Shown here one piece after another: positions 24,875 through 37,813 of a stretch of 64,000 nt of DNA. Location: contig NC_043006.1 of NCBI RefSeq assembly GCF_006345805.1, forward strand, positions 3,658,001 to 3,722,000. The letters are read 5' to 3'. The notes under the pieces are model-generated. The model did not search any database and was not told the origin of the DNA. It saw only the letters and a list, made by a program, of their open reading frames with translations. Both the position numbers and the translations under genes were made by a program. Each line of letters starts with the position of its first letter. Position 1 is the first letter of the stretch. This DNA is from Octopus sinensis. Lineage: Eukaryota.

Positions 24875-25927
24875 ATGTTAGTGCAACACTTGGCCTAAGG
24901 GAAACAATGTAGACGGCAATAGAAAGAGGGTTGTGTTAATAAGGTTTACCTGAATGGAAATTGCATGGGATCAGTAACTTCTGAAGAAAAGAAGAAAAAG
25001 GAAACAACATATTTATAAGTCAGAAGTTGCAGTATGCTGGCGAGCGACTGTAAAGCGATCGGGTGGCATCCATTTCGTTGCGATCTGGATGAACGTGTGC
25101 TTTTGCTGAAGTTAGTACTCGGTAGAGAGTGTGAAACTGAGCGTTTGTTGATAGTTTTAATTTTTACGTGTGCAAAAGGAAGTGTTTAGGTTTACATGTG
25201 GATGACGTATACATGGGAAAAAGTTGTAAAGGAGTGAAGATTTGCATAATTTGCATAGAAATGAGCTTTGAGGGTGGGGAATTAACAGCGAACATGACGT
25301 CTTTGTGGAGAAAGAAGAGCTTGGATGACGTAGGTGAAACACCGAGTCAGGAGAATCCTATCCGTGAATCATACACAATTACTAAAATAAATTTAAAAAA
25401 TGTTGTCGCTGTTATTGTTATCGTTGTCGCTTAATATGGTTTGGTCCTGAGTCAACCCAGATCAAGAAGATCTTTGGCCAAATGCATTTCAATTGCATCA
25501 ATCTTATCTTTTAAGATCATTTTGATTATCTAATGAGTTCTTTCTTAAAATTTTTTGAGGCTTGACTTTTTTTATAGATGCTATAGAAGTGATGTGAGGA
25601 AGATTTAACTATTGTTTCTAGTAGATTTACGACTATGTGAGAGCGCTAAGTAAATGAATGAGCAATTTTACTTGGATAAGAAAGAAAATTTTTATGGTAG
25701 TCTTCAGTGATTTTAAATGGGTCCGCCTGGACGTTTATTTATATGAGTCCTTGTAGAAGACATGCGTACATATGTGTTAATGTGTGCGTGTGTTCGTCTT
25801 TTTACATTCGCCTCTACAGCTGTGTCAGCGTATTCGGCCTTCTTGATTTTGACTCTAGCTTCAGAATACTGACGCTGCTTTCACTTGACATCCAGCTCTT
25901 GTATCTTCACCAACACATTTTCTTCTA

Positions 25928-25963
25928 CTTTCTGATGAAGGTCAATATTCCGAAACATCAGGC
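25928..25963 (+). ncRNA. Degenerate minimal hammerhead motif
   Basis: cttt-CTGATGA-A-GG tcaatatt CC-GAAAC-ATC-AGG; stem III pair broken. Confidence 0.4.
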
Positions 25964-26802
25964 TTCTTATTCAATACCTATTCAAGATTAAGCAAAATGT
26001 TTTTTTAATCGCCATCACCGCTGAAGTCTGGTAAATTGGGGGTGGGGATAGGAGAAGTGGCACCAACCAAAGGTAATTAGTTGAGTATGATTTGCTTGAT
26101 TAAATTAACCGAAATCTCTATTATTCCGTATCGAAAGCGCGATTCATACTTGCTCACCGAGAATTTATATTGAATGAATCATTATTTCTAAGACAGTTGA
26201 TTATGCAGCTGGGTCAGTAGAGCAACAAAAGAGATTCATTGCGATATCTAGATGTGGCTCTTTACGTTCTGAGTTCAAATCATGCGTGGATTGATTTTGC
26301 TTTCAACATTTCCAAGGGTCGATACGATCGACTAGAGCTCATCCTAATAATGTTATCTACCATAGACACCAAGTCACAATAAGTGACCTTGTGTCGATGA
26401 CAGTAAACCTTATTTCTAATCCAGCGTGACGGAAAATAGGTGCAGCTACAGAAAAAGTGCTATTTATACAGCATTGAAGAAAGACTAAAGTCGCGCTCTA
26501 AATCATTTAATGCTCACCAAAGCGAGACTGTTTATCATATGACGCATGTCTGAGATACGCCCGCTTGCTAGATTGCGTAGGTATGTATGTATGTAGGAAT
26601 GTAGCTATGTAGGTATTATGTATGTTTGTGTGGGTGACTGTCTGTGATATGTGTGTATGCGCACGTGTAGTGTGTGTGCGATATTGTAAGCGTAGATTAT
26701 ATCTAGATTCATTTTAAGGACTCACACAGATGAAAAATCCTTTCTGATACAAAGGATAAAACGGGAAGTTCTGTGTTTTGACGTGGACGCTTTTTCCTTC
26801 AG

Positions 26803-26812
26803 TATAGATGAC
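26803..26812 (+). CDS. Candidate 10-nt micro-exon TATAGATGAC
   Basis: gctttttccttcag | TATAGATGAC | gtaagt; open only if entered in phase 2 (IDD). Confidence 0.45.
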
Positions 26813-27100
26813 GTAAGTGAAACAGTTCAGGCTGCGAATAAATAAATAATAAATTTGTTAGAATTGTCTGATTGTGGGGTTGGATATAGGTCATGGACTC
26901 GGTTCACCAAGAACTTACTAGTTAAACCCGCAATACACCACACCTAAATGTAATTTTCTTGTGAGAATACGTGTCTTGTATATAATTTATTATACAAAGA
27001 TACTGAGAAATTATTCAGAAAATTACGTCTATAACCGAGTTTTTATCAATAAGCTCTTACGCTTTGCTAGTTTTTCTGCTTAAACAAATTTCATTTTTAG

Positions 27101-27103
27101 TTG
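27101..27103 (+). CDS. Candidate 3-nt micro-exon TTG
   Basis: tttttctgcttaaacaaatttcatttttag | TTG | gtgagt; upstream UGC motif. Confidence 0.45.
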
Positions 27104-27292
27104 GTGAGTTTGTTGTTTTTAAGGACAAAAAAAAACCTTGATTTTTAATTCACATCTGCAAACGTAAAGTAACATTTGCTTTTAATTTGGTTTAAATTAT
27201 AAAATAACGATTTTGAAACAAAGTTTTGCTCTTTATCTCCTCTCTCCCTCACTCATCCTCACTCTCACTCTTTCTTTCTCTCCATCTGTTTA

Positions 27293-27323
<31 letters not shown>

Positions 27324-27535
27324 ATTTTATAACATAATTATCCAGTTATAAATGTGTAATGCTAGTTTTCAGACGGCATGAAATTAAACGACCTTTTTTT
27401 TAAACATATTTATTGCGTTTGGATATAAAGTGTTTACTTTAGAACCGAGAGGAAAGCATTTATCAACTATCATTGCTCTAAGCTAAACATTAATACTTCC
27501 AGTGACTACTATTACATCTTTAATTAAACATCCCC

Positions 27536-27556
27536 TACGACTGCTGCTGCTATTGA

Positions 27557-27609
<53 letters not shown>

Positions 27610-27660
27610 TTACTACTACTACTACTACTACTACTACTATTGCTGCTGCTGCTGCTGCTG

Positions 27661-27708
<48 letters not shown>

Positions 27709-27750
27709 ATAATAATAATAATAATAACAATAATAATAATAATAATAATA
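27536..27750. repeat. Compound (CTG)/(CTA)/(TAA) trinucleotide tract
   Basis: Directly visible; produces the poly-L/poly-I start of ORF 27502. Confidence 0.95.
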
Positions 27751-28938
27751 GATATCACTGCAGCACCAACGGCAGAAGAAGTGGAAGAATTCTGGAAAGG
27801 AATATGGTCGACGAATGAACAACCAAAAAAGATGAATTTTAAAACAACAAACTTAGCATCTGAGCAAATTTGGACCCCCATAACAACTGAAGAGGTCACC
27901 CAGGCACTGAAAAGACTAAGCAACTGGAAGGCACCTGGGCATGACAAGATCCCCAACTTCTGGTTGAAATATCTGACAGGAATGCACAAAAAGTTGGCTG
28001 AAAACTTTAACAACATACTGGCAGAGCCAGAGACAATGCCTGAATGGCTCACGAAGGGGAAAACCATCTTAATTCCCAAATCCAATGAGACAGCAAAACC
28101 AGAAAACTACAGACCTATAACCTGTCTCCCTACAATGTACAAAGCATTTACTGCAGTAATATCCCAAAGATTGAACAGGCGCCTGGACGAAAACGACCTG
28201 TTTCCAGAAGAGCAGAAAGGGTTCCACAAAGGCTCATATGGCTGTAAAGATCAACTAATGATTAATAAAGCCATAACTGAAGACAGCCACAGAAAGAAGG
28301 AAGGCTTCAGTATGACCTGGATTGACTACAAAAAGGCGTTTGATAGCATCCCCCACACATGGATCCTCGAAACACTAGCCATTAACAAAGTAGCACCAAC
28401 AATTATAAAATTCATTGGGCACTCTATGAATAAATGGCAAACAGTGCTACAGCTCCAAACAAAAGAGGGACTCATGAAAACCAAAGACATCCCCATTAGA
28501 AGAGAAATATTCCAGCGAGACACGCTCTCTCCACTCCTTTTCTGCTTGGCACTGTCAGCTCTATCTGATATGCTAAATAGAACTGGATGCGGATATAAAG
28601 GTTACGGAAAGACGATCACTCACCTTTTATATATGGATGACCTAAAACTATACGCTGCAAATGATAAACAGCCGGAAACACTACTAAAGACAGTTCATGG
28701 ATTCACCACAGAAATAGATATGAAATTTGGATTAGAAAAATGCGCCAAAGTAACCATGAGAAGAGGAAAACTAGTTAAGAGTAGCAATATCACACTAGAT
28801 AAAGCCAATGAAATAAGAGAATTAGACCAAAGCCAAACTTACAAATACTTAGGAATCCATGAACTAGATAAGACACAAACACACACAAATGAAAGAGAAA
28901 ATAAAAAAAAGAATACTATAGACGAGTTAGATCAATAA
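27751..28938 (+). CDS. Reverse transcriptase domain of R4-like element A
   Basis: ORF track 27502..28938 minus its microsatellite-derived start. Confidence 0.85.
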   Translation, partial: DITAAPTAEEVEEFWKGIWSTNEQPKKMNFKTTNLASEQIWTPITTEEVTQALKRLSNWKAPGHDKIPNFWLKYLTGMHKKLAENFNNILAEPETMPEWLTKGKTILIPKSNETAKPENYRPITCLPTMYKAFTAVISQRLNRRLDENDLFPEEQKGFHKGSYGCKDQLMINKAITEDSHRKKEGFSMTWIDYKKAFDSIPHTWILETLAINKVAPTIIKFIGHSMNKWQTVLQLQTKEGLMKTKDIPIRREIFQRDTLSPLLFCLALSALSDMLNRTGCGYKGYGKTITHLLYMDDLKLYAANDKQPETLLKTVHGFTTEIDMKFGLEKCAKVTMRRGKLVKSSNITLDKANEIRELDQSQTYKYLGIHELDKTQTHTNERENKKKNTIDELDQ

Positions 28939-30386
28939 TAAAGACAGAGTTCAATGCTAAAAACAAGATAATAGGTATTAACACTTTAGCCGTCCCAGTT
29001 ATAAGTTACAGCTACAATATCCTTAAATGGACGCTAAATGAACTAACCAAAATAGATAGGAAAACAAGAAAAATAATGCATCACCCAGAAAAATAATGCA
29101 TCAACCAGAATCTGACATAGAAAGGCTATATATGCAACGTATAGAAGGTGGTAGAGGCCTTAGACAGCTGGAAAACTACTATAAAATAACCACTAAAGGA
29201 CTGCAAAAATATCCACTTCAGAAGGAAGGAAAACTGATACAAATAGCGGCAAACACGAGCAAAATAAAAAACTGTTCTCAGTATTTAAGGAAGCTGACAA
29301 ATATAAACAAGAAATCATATTACCTAACAAATATGAAGAAGAAGAAGAAGAAGAAGAAGAAGAAGAAGAAGAAGAAGAAGAAGAAGAAGAAGAAGAAGAA
29401 GAAGAAGAAGAAGAAGAAGAAGAAGAAGAAGAAGAAGAAGAAGAAGAAGAAGAAACAACAAAAGCTTTAAAGCAAATGAAATCCAAACTAAAACTATACA
29501 GCAACTGACCATGATAAAACGATGGCAAGAAAAGACCCTTCGTAGTAAATACTGGACTAAACTAAATGCAAAAGAAATAGACAAGGAAAAATACCAGCAA
29601 TGGTTGAGAAGCTCAGGACTCAAAGCAGATACAGAGGGATTTTTAATTGCAGCACAAGACCAAAGCCTCCCCACCAGAAATTACCAAAAACATATAATGA
29701 AAAGAAATATAACAAGTAACTGCAGAATATGTGGAGATGGACAAGAAACAATAAATCATATTATCTCTAGCTGCCCAGTCCTGGCTAAGAAGGAATATAT
29801 TCATAGACACGACATATTTGGGACCTACATACATTGGAAGCTATGCCAACATTATGGAATAACAACAGAAAAAAGATGGTATAGGCACACACCAGAAAAG
29901 GTCACAGAAAACGAGAAAGCAACCATACTCTGGGATATGCCGATACGCACAGATAGAGAAATTAAGGCCAACAGACCAGATATAGTTGTCAGAGATCATG
30001 AAGAAAAAAAATGCTTTCTAATTGATGTATCAGTACCGGCAGATGACAACGTGTCTCTAAAAGAAATGGAGAAACTCTCAAAATACAAAGACCTGGAAAT
30101 AGAGGTAACTAGAATGTGGAACCTGAAAACAGAAACAATTCCTATCATAGTAGGTGCATTAGGCATGATATAAAATATTCAGACAAACACATAACAAAAA
30201 CACCAGGACTTACAAACACATATAACATACAGAAAATTGCACTACTAGGCACTGCACACATCCTACACAGAACACTTTCAATACAGTAGCCATCAGAGCA
30301 TCACAACAAATCACAGCACATACCCAAGGCACACAGAGCTGCGCTCGGTAGTGAAGTGAAAGCACGTTATAAAATAAAACTACTGA
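27751..30386 (+). mobile_element. R4/Dong-like RLE non-LTR retrotransposon, family A, 5'-truncated
   Basis: RT motifs NYRPITCL, IDYKKAFDSIPH, LSPLLF, YMDDLKL; zinc finger CRICGDGQETINHIISSC; RLE RPDIVV..LIDVSVP..EKLSKYKDL; 3'UTR runs into (TAA)n; frameshifted. Confidence 0.9.
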
Positions 30387-30398
30387 ATGATGATGATA

Positions 30399-30453
<55 letters not shown>

Positions 30454-30457
<4 letters not shown>

Positions 30458-30524
30458 GCCCTGATGCAGTGCTAGGCAGTGGCTCTCATGGCTTCTCATC
30501 TTAACTAATTGGAAGTGTTACCAT
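30454..30524 (+). mobile_element. 5' head of the ORF-less (TAA)n-associated element
   Basis: aatgccctgatgcagtgctaggcagtggctctcatggcttc...ggaagtgtta matches start of 62066-62613. Confidence 0.8.
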
Positions 30525-32026
30525 GGGGACTGCCTGTCCCCACTGATCTTTGTACTGTGCATGATACCACCAATACTGATTCTGAGGAAAGCAAAGAACC
30601 GCCAACAAATAGTTAACCATGGATAAACTTAAACTGTATGGTAAGGATGAATACCAAGTCAGTTCCCTCGTTGATATGGTGTATACTTTCAGTGCTGATA
30701 TCAGAATGGAATTCGGACTGAAAAAGTGTGGTGTATCAATCTTGAAGAGAGGCAAAATCAAATGTATGGACTTGCTAGCGACACCGTCGAGGGAGGTTAT
30801 GAAGCAGATAGAAGAGACGGGCTATAAGGAAATTGATAAATGGATAAATTGGATAAATTGGATGGAGACAGAAATGACATAAAAATTTAAGGTGGAGTAC
30901 TTGCGCAGACTGAGACTGATTCTCAAGTCGAAATTAAACGGACAGAATAAGATTGAAGCTATCAACACCTGGGTAGTTTCTCTCCTTAGATATGGAGCAG
31001 GGGTAATCGCATGGACAGTAGACGAACTAAACAGCTTAGATAGAAAGAGAAGGAAGTTGCTGACCAGAATTGGGATAATCCACCCAAAAAGTGACAGACA
31101 GACAGACTGTATGTACCAAGAAAAAGAGGAGGAAGAGGACTTATTGGATGCGAACACAGCATTAGAGTAGAAGAAAACAACACAGGATGGTATGTAAAAA
31201 TATGCCACATAACCGCCATTATCAGAAGTAAGGTCAGGTTCGTGTAAGATGGAAGACTGCAAAAATAAAACACTGTACAAACACTTGAGAATGAATGAAA
31301 CTGAAAATAGGTGGATAAAGAAAAGAATGCAAGAACAATGTTATAGGGATGTTAAGGATAAGGCAGACAGAGAGAAAAGATGGCTAAAAGTAATTTAAAA
31401 CCTGAAACAGTGGCTCTAATCTGTGCTACTCAAGAGCAAGCACTAAGATCCAATTACACCAAATACAGAATAGCCAACACATCAGAAAGGATTGTTCATT
31501 GGACACTTTGCAACAAGTATGGACTTGACAGAGCAAAAAAGTGGTACGAACAAAACCAGAAGGCATCATCGAAAATGATAATGCAAAGATCCTATGGGAT
31601 TTTATGATTCAGTGCAATAATGAGATAGAGAATACGAAACTAGACATAGTATTAATTGAGAAAAAAAGGAAACGATGTTGGATCATTAGCATGCCCAGCT
31701 GAAAAAATGTATGTGATAAGGAATAAAGAAAAGTTGAGAGATATGACAGGTTCGCTTGGGAGGTTAAGCCGTTGTGATCGATAAAAAAGGTAGTAGTAAT
31801 AGTACCAATAATTGTCGGAGCCCTGGGAACAGTGAGTAAACATCTTAAGAGGTATATGGAACAAATATGGGCTGCAATAGGTGTGAAGCACTTGCAGAAA
31901 ACAACACTGCTTAGAACCGCTCGAATACTCCGGATGGTGTTGAAAAACAAGGGGTGTTACCTGGTGCACTGGTATTGAACAGCAGACACCTCTGTATATC
32001 TCCAGCGTTAGAATCTGTGAAAAGAC
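30521..32026 (+). mobile_element. R4-like element, family B, heavily mutated 3' half
   Basis: GDCLSPLIFVLC, MDKLKLYG, DIRMEFGLKKC, AINTWVVSLLRYGAG, LKPETVALICATQEQAL; ends in (TAA)n. Confidence 0.85.
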
Positions 32027-32503
<477 letters not shown>

Positions 32504-35140
32504 ATTCAGGAGAAAGTAACCGTTAAAGACCCCCCTCCCATGGAAGAAGTTCAAAACTTTTGGGAAAGGATTTGGAGTGACAAGAAGACGTACAACATAA
32601 ATGCAGACTGGATTATACAAACTGAAGGATCCTACCAAAATTTACAACAACAAGCATGGGAAGACATCACAATAGCAGACCTAAGAAAGGCACTCACGAA
32701 GGCCCATAATTGGAAATCCCCCGGTAAAGATTTTCTGGCTCGCATCGCTCCCGTGCGCACACGGTAAGCTAGTTCAGCTGCTCAATGGAATTTTGAGAGA
32801 CCCAAAGAAAACACCTGAATGGTTAGCAAGTGGCATTACTTACCTACTCCCAAAGAATAACGAAACCAACCTTCCAAAAAACTATCGGCCTATAACCTGT
32901 CTATCCACCACGTATAAAATCCTAACATCTATCCTGGCGGAGAAAACATATGCATTCATGGAGAAGAACGATATTTTCCCCATTGAACAAAAAGGGTGCC
33001 GCCGAGGCTCTTACGGATGCAAAGATCAACTGCTAATCAATCGTATGATCCTTGAGAACTGTCACAACAAACGCAGAAATCTCAGCACCGCATGGATTGA
33101 CTATAAAAAGGCCTTCGACAGTATACCGCATCCATGGATCTTGAGATCGCTGGACATCTTTAAAATTTCCCCTGTGATTTCAAACTTCCTGAAGCACAAT
33201 ATGTCGTTGTGGAATACGAATCTCCAATTATACCACTCTAATGGAGTACTTGCCTCAGAAAACATAAACATCAACTGTGGAATTTTTCAAGGTGACTCAC
33301 TTTCACCTTTAATATTCTGCATAGCCCTAATACCCCTTACAAGTGGATTAAACAGAACAGGGTATGGGTATAAAATTGCCAATAAAAAAATAAGCCATCT
33401 ATTTTATATGGATGACTTAAAACTTTATGGTAAAGACAATAATGAACTTGAAGGCCTATTGCGCACCGTGAAAGCATTCAGCGATGACATCGGGATGGAG
33501 TTTGGACTTGAGAAGTGTACCAAGGCCACTTTCCAGAAAGGGAAAGTGAAGACCACAAATTCAGTCGTGTTAGATGTTGTCACAGTCATAAGAGAGCTTG
33601 AGCAAGAACAGACATACAAATATTTAGGGATAAATGAAGGCTCTGGTATTCAGCATGCAAGCATGAAAGAGAAAATCAGGAAGGAATGTTATAGGAGAGT
33701 TCGTGCAGTCCTGAAATCTGAACTAAATGCACGTAACAAGGTGTTAGCTATAAATTCCTTAGCAGTTCCAGTTGTTACTTATAGCTACAATGTGTTGAAC
33801 TGGAATATGAGTGAAGTAAAGAATATAGATAGAAAAATACGCAAGCTGCTGAGTTGTAATAGGATGCACCACCCAAAGGCAGACGTGGATCGCCTTTACC
33901 TTCCCAGAGCCCAAGGAGGTCGAGGCCTGATCCAATTTGAACTAGCTTACAAAACAACCACAATTGGACTGGCCAAATATCTCGAAATATCGAATGACTG
34001 GATGCTAAAGCTCGTGGAAAATCACGAGAGACGAAAGAAGCTTCATTCTATCATCAAGGAAAGCAAAAAATTTGCTATTGATCTCGTGCAGGATACCCAA
34101 ACTGAACAACCCGAGGGAAGTACGGCAACTATTGTTGCAAAGAAGGTGAAAATGATGGCAATGAAAAAAGCGCACGAGCAATTGGCTGATAGGTGGGAGG
34201 AGAAACCTCTGCACGGCAAATATGTGACCCGCAGCAAACAAGCTGATGTTGACCAGAAGCAAACCCATCAGTGGCTGCAGAGCTCAGGGCTAAAAGCAGA
34301 GAGCGAAGGTTTCATCCTGGCTGCTCAAGACCAAACCTATTAACCCGGAACTACCAGGCCAATGTAATGAAAAATGGAGCAGACCCAAAATGCCGATTCT
34401 GCAACGACATGATTGAAACAGTGGACCACCTAATCTCTGGATGTAAAGTCTTAGCACCAGTGGAGTATAAATTAAGACATGACAGAGTTGGCCAATTCTC
34501 CACTGGCTAATAAGTCGGCATTACAATATCAAAACTGCCGACAAGTGGTATAATCACCACCCTGAGGCTGTAACTGAAGGAGAAAATGTAACCATTCTGT
34601 GGGACTTTCCAGTACATACAGACCGAACCATCAAGGCCAATAAACCAGATATTGTTGTGAAAGACCAAAACAATAAAGTTTGCTTATTGATCGACATGAG
34701 CATCCCCTGTGATCATAATATCTCAGCGAAAGAGTTTGACAAGCTCAGAAAATATAAAGACCTACTCATTGAAATTGAGAAAATGTGGCATCTCAAGGCG
34801 GTTACAATACCAGTGATCGTAGGAGCACTAGGAATGATCAAGAAGGGAACCGAAAATTATATGAGAATGATCCCTGGCTTACCATCCCTGCAAGAAATGC
34901 AAAAGATTGTCTTAACTGGTACATCACACGTATTGAGAAGAGCATTGTCGATGTGAGAACTGTTGCTGCTCATCTATTTTAATTTTAATTTAACTTAAAA
35001 AAAAATAAAAAATAAAAATGAACGAACTACTGAGTTTGGTTTAATGGCCTACCAATATACACTATGAGTTTCTTTGCCCTAGGAGTCGGGAAGACACTCG
35101 GCAAGAAATGGAAGAAAATTTGAAAGAAGAAAAAAAAAAA
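32504..35140 (+). mobile_element. R4-like element, family C, 5'-truncated and relatively intact
   Basis: 516-aa RT ORF 32793-34343 (GIFQGDSLSPL, YMDDLKL); CRFCNDMIETVDHLISGC; KPDIVV..LIDMSIP..KLRKYKDL; ends in A-run plus (TAA)n. Confidence 0.92.
32793..34343 (+). CDS. Reverse transcriptase and thumb region, R4-like family C
   Basis: ORF track; complete RT motif series. Confidence 0.9.
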   Translation: MRDPKKTPEWLASGITYLLPKNNETNLPKNYRPITCLSTTYKILTSILAEKTYAFMEKNDIFPIEQKGCRRGSYGCKDQLLINRMILENCHNKRRNLSTAWIDYKKAFDSIPHPWILRSLDIFKISPVISNFLKHNMSLWNTNLQLYHSNGVLASENININCGIFQGDSLSPLIFCIALIPLTSGLNRTGYGYKIANKKISHLFYMDDLKLYGKDNNELEGLLRTVKAFSDDIGMEFGLEKCTKATFQKGKVKTTNSVVLDVVTVIRELEQEQTYKYLGINEGSGIQHASMKEKIRKECYRRVRAVLKSELNARNKVLAINSLAVPVVTYSYNVLNWNMSEVKNIDRKIRKLLSCNRMHHPKADVDRLYLPRAQGGRGLIQFELAYKTTTIGLAKYLEISNDWMLKLVENHERRKKLHSIIKESKKFAIDLVQDTQTEQPEGSTATIVAKKVKMMAMKKAHEQLADRWEEKPLHGKYVTRSKQADVDQKQTHQWLQSSGLKAESEGFILAAQDQTY

Positions 35141-35200
<60 letters not shown>

Positions 35201-35731
35201 TTGCTCCCATGGTTTCTGATCATAATTGAATGGTAGCGTTATCATGTAAATTGTTTTGTTTTGGTGTAAAACATGGTTAGAACAAATATTCTGCTCAATG
35301 CTACAGATTTTCTTGTCAGTTGTTTGACCTTAACCAGTTGAGCATGTCTTTTAGTAGCTGACGATATATGCATCCCTGATCATGTGCAGGAGTAGAGTGG
35401 GAGTATCATAGTTATGTGTTGAGAGGAATTCTTAGGGGTTTGGATAGTTCGCGTCTGGTAGCATGGGTGTTTCGTTCAACATCCTTAAACAACACTTATT
35501 CAGGGAAGTTTTGAGCGGGATGGGCGTCTCGAACTAAAGAACATTCTAATTGGGCTTCACCTGCAAGGTCATGTACTGTTTATTTTGATATGAGATCACC
35601 ATGTCATGCCATATGGTTGTGATGCATGTGCCTGGTGTACCTTTATCAGACGGGTAGTCATGATGGGTATACTGGGCTTCGTATATTCGTATCCCAGTGT
35701 AGCTTTGCTGGTATGCGCTACTCTCTCACTC
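35201..35731 (+). mobile_element. ORF-less ~530 bp element inside a (TAA)n/(GAA)n tract, diverged copy
   Basis: Colinear with 62066-62613 throughout. Confidence 0.85.
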
Positions 35732-35858
35732 AAGAAGAAGAAGAAGAAGAAGAAGAAGAAGAAGAAGAAGAAGAAGAAGAAGAAGAAGAAGAAGAAGAAG
35801 AAGAAGAAGAAGAAGAAGAAGAAGAAGAAGAAGAAGAAGAAGAAGAAGAAGAAGAAGA

Positions 35859-36255
35859 GTTGGAGATCGCCAAGATAGGCAATGCCTGGTAATCGTTTTA
35901 TCAATCTCAGCGTATGACAATGTATCTCGAAAAGAAATGGAGCAATTCTGAAGATCCAAAGGACTGGAAATAGATATAACCCGAATGTGGAGCCTAAAAA
36001 CTGAAGCAATCTCTATAATAATAGGTGCATTCGGTATGATTAAAAATCATACAAACAAATGCATAACCAAAATACCCGGACATACGTATGTATATAATAT
36101 AGAGAAAATAGCATCAGTAGGCACTGCACACATTTTACGTAAAGCACTTCCAATACAGTAAAAATTAGAGCACTACAGCAAACCATAGCACACACTCAAG
36201 GCACACAGAACTACGCTTGACTGTGCAGTGAAATCACGTGGTAAAAGTAAGACTA

Positions 36256-36260
<5 letters not shown>
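35859..36260 (+). mobile_element. 3' end of an R4-like element related to family A
   Basis: gaatgtggagcctaaaaactgaagc...gcactgcacac; 3'UTR ...gactactgaa(taa)n similar to 30290-30386. Confidence 0.8.
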
Positions 36261-36326
<66 letters not shown>

Positions 36327-36349
36327 TGATGATGATGATGATAATAATA

Positions 36350-36384
<35 letters not shown>

Positions 36385-36391
36385 AATAATA

Positions 36392-36423
<32 letters not shown>

Positions 36424-36430
36424 AATAATG

Positions 36431-37100
36431 CTTACTTTATTAACCTCTAAGATTGACAAAAACACCGAAGTTGGTGTAGGACAGTACACTGTGGGATTAT
36501 AGAAAAGCATTCAAAAAAATAAAATAGTAAACCAAAATATCAAAGAAGGAATAACTTCCCAAACGAGAGAACACCTCGCAGAAAGCGTAGAAAACCATGG
36601 TCACCGTTAACACTAAGGCAAAATCCCTGCAATCTAGTTGTGCTCTTCTAATCCATTGGTGCATGCTCAGAGAATACACGCTCATTCGGACAATACTCGC
36701 CATTCTTACCCATCTTTCAACAAATTTGCTGGGAATCAGCAGTTCATCGCTACGCTCACGTTGTTTTTCGCATGAAACTTGAAAAAGGCGATGGAGGTTT
36801 GGCTAAGAGACAGTGTCTGTCTTCAACCTTTTCGATCTCATCTACCACAAATCTTTCACTAAAGCCTGTCTTTCCTTGGCCAATAGAGAGCAGCAGCATG
36901 ATCTTTACAATAATCTCAGCAGATAACTGGAGCTGTCCTCTTGTAACAGCAATGAACAATGTTCTGGCAGAGATGATCTTTGTCGCTTTGCGTACATTTC
37001 AGTCAAGCCTGGCTGACGGCATTTCCATGGCTGTAGAGTTTATCTCGAACCAGAAATGCCCCCTTACCCCAGTCCCAGTGACACCGATAAGCCCAGGATT
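36431..37100 (-). mobile_element. Tx1/L1-like LINE ORF2 3' end and 3'UTR
   Basis: Minus fragments AFFKFHAK, KFVERWVRMASIVRMSVYSLSMH; 3' end cagtgtactgtcc...AATAAAG then (ATT/ATC)n tail; 5' boundary uncertain. Confidence 0.55.
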
Positions 37101-37813
37101 TCTGTAAATCATCCATAGGTCGGAAACAAATTAGTCTGTTGATCTACATTAATGGTTAGAGATTGCCCGAGAAATTCGTCTCTTTTGATCACCGCTAGCA
37201 CTCTATAGAACGCCACTCTGGAACTTATACCGACCAAATCTTGGAACTTCTACAGACCATATTACCGGTGGATCGCTGAATATATGACGGAATTCCTGGT
37301 ATCAAGTGTCCTGTCTCGTCCCTTAAGGGGTTCTTAGTTCTGTTCTATCCTACCAGTTGTATCACTCTTCTCTCTGCGCTCACAATTTTTTAGCTTCAGA
37401 TTTCATTAGGAAAGCCCTTGATCTGAGTGTTTTCATGGTCGGATTCTGTTCTTGCTATAATATATCTTGCTTCATTATGGGCAAAAAGTCCAATCAGACT
37501 TCATCCATGTTATTTCTGATCACCTCGTGGTGACAATCTTCCCGTACTGCCCTCTAAATGTTATAATTAACAAATTATTAAACCCGCACCGAGAACCCTC
37601 CTGACTTCGAATCTTATATTACGCTTCCCGATGAATTAAGGGACACACTTGTGGAAATCTCTGTAACTCGGCACTTTGCTTCCTTTCCTCTTTGGTTTCA
37701 AAAACCAGGCATACACGCCAGTGTGCTCTACATACTGAAGGGCATGGAACCCCATAACACCTTACATATCTTCCATTATTGTTTTCTTTAGAGGCACACT
37801 GACAGTCATTTTA

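Noticed and set aside
27502-27750. Poly-Leu/Ile signal- or TM-like N-terminus on the 478-aa RT ORF
   Set aside because: Derived from the (CTA)n(TAA)n target tract upstream of a truncated LINE
36772-37107. 111-aa plus-strand ORF
   Set aside because: Antisense to the Tx1-like ORF2 relic; no independent coding signal
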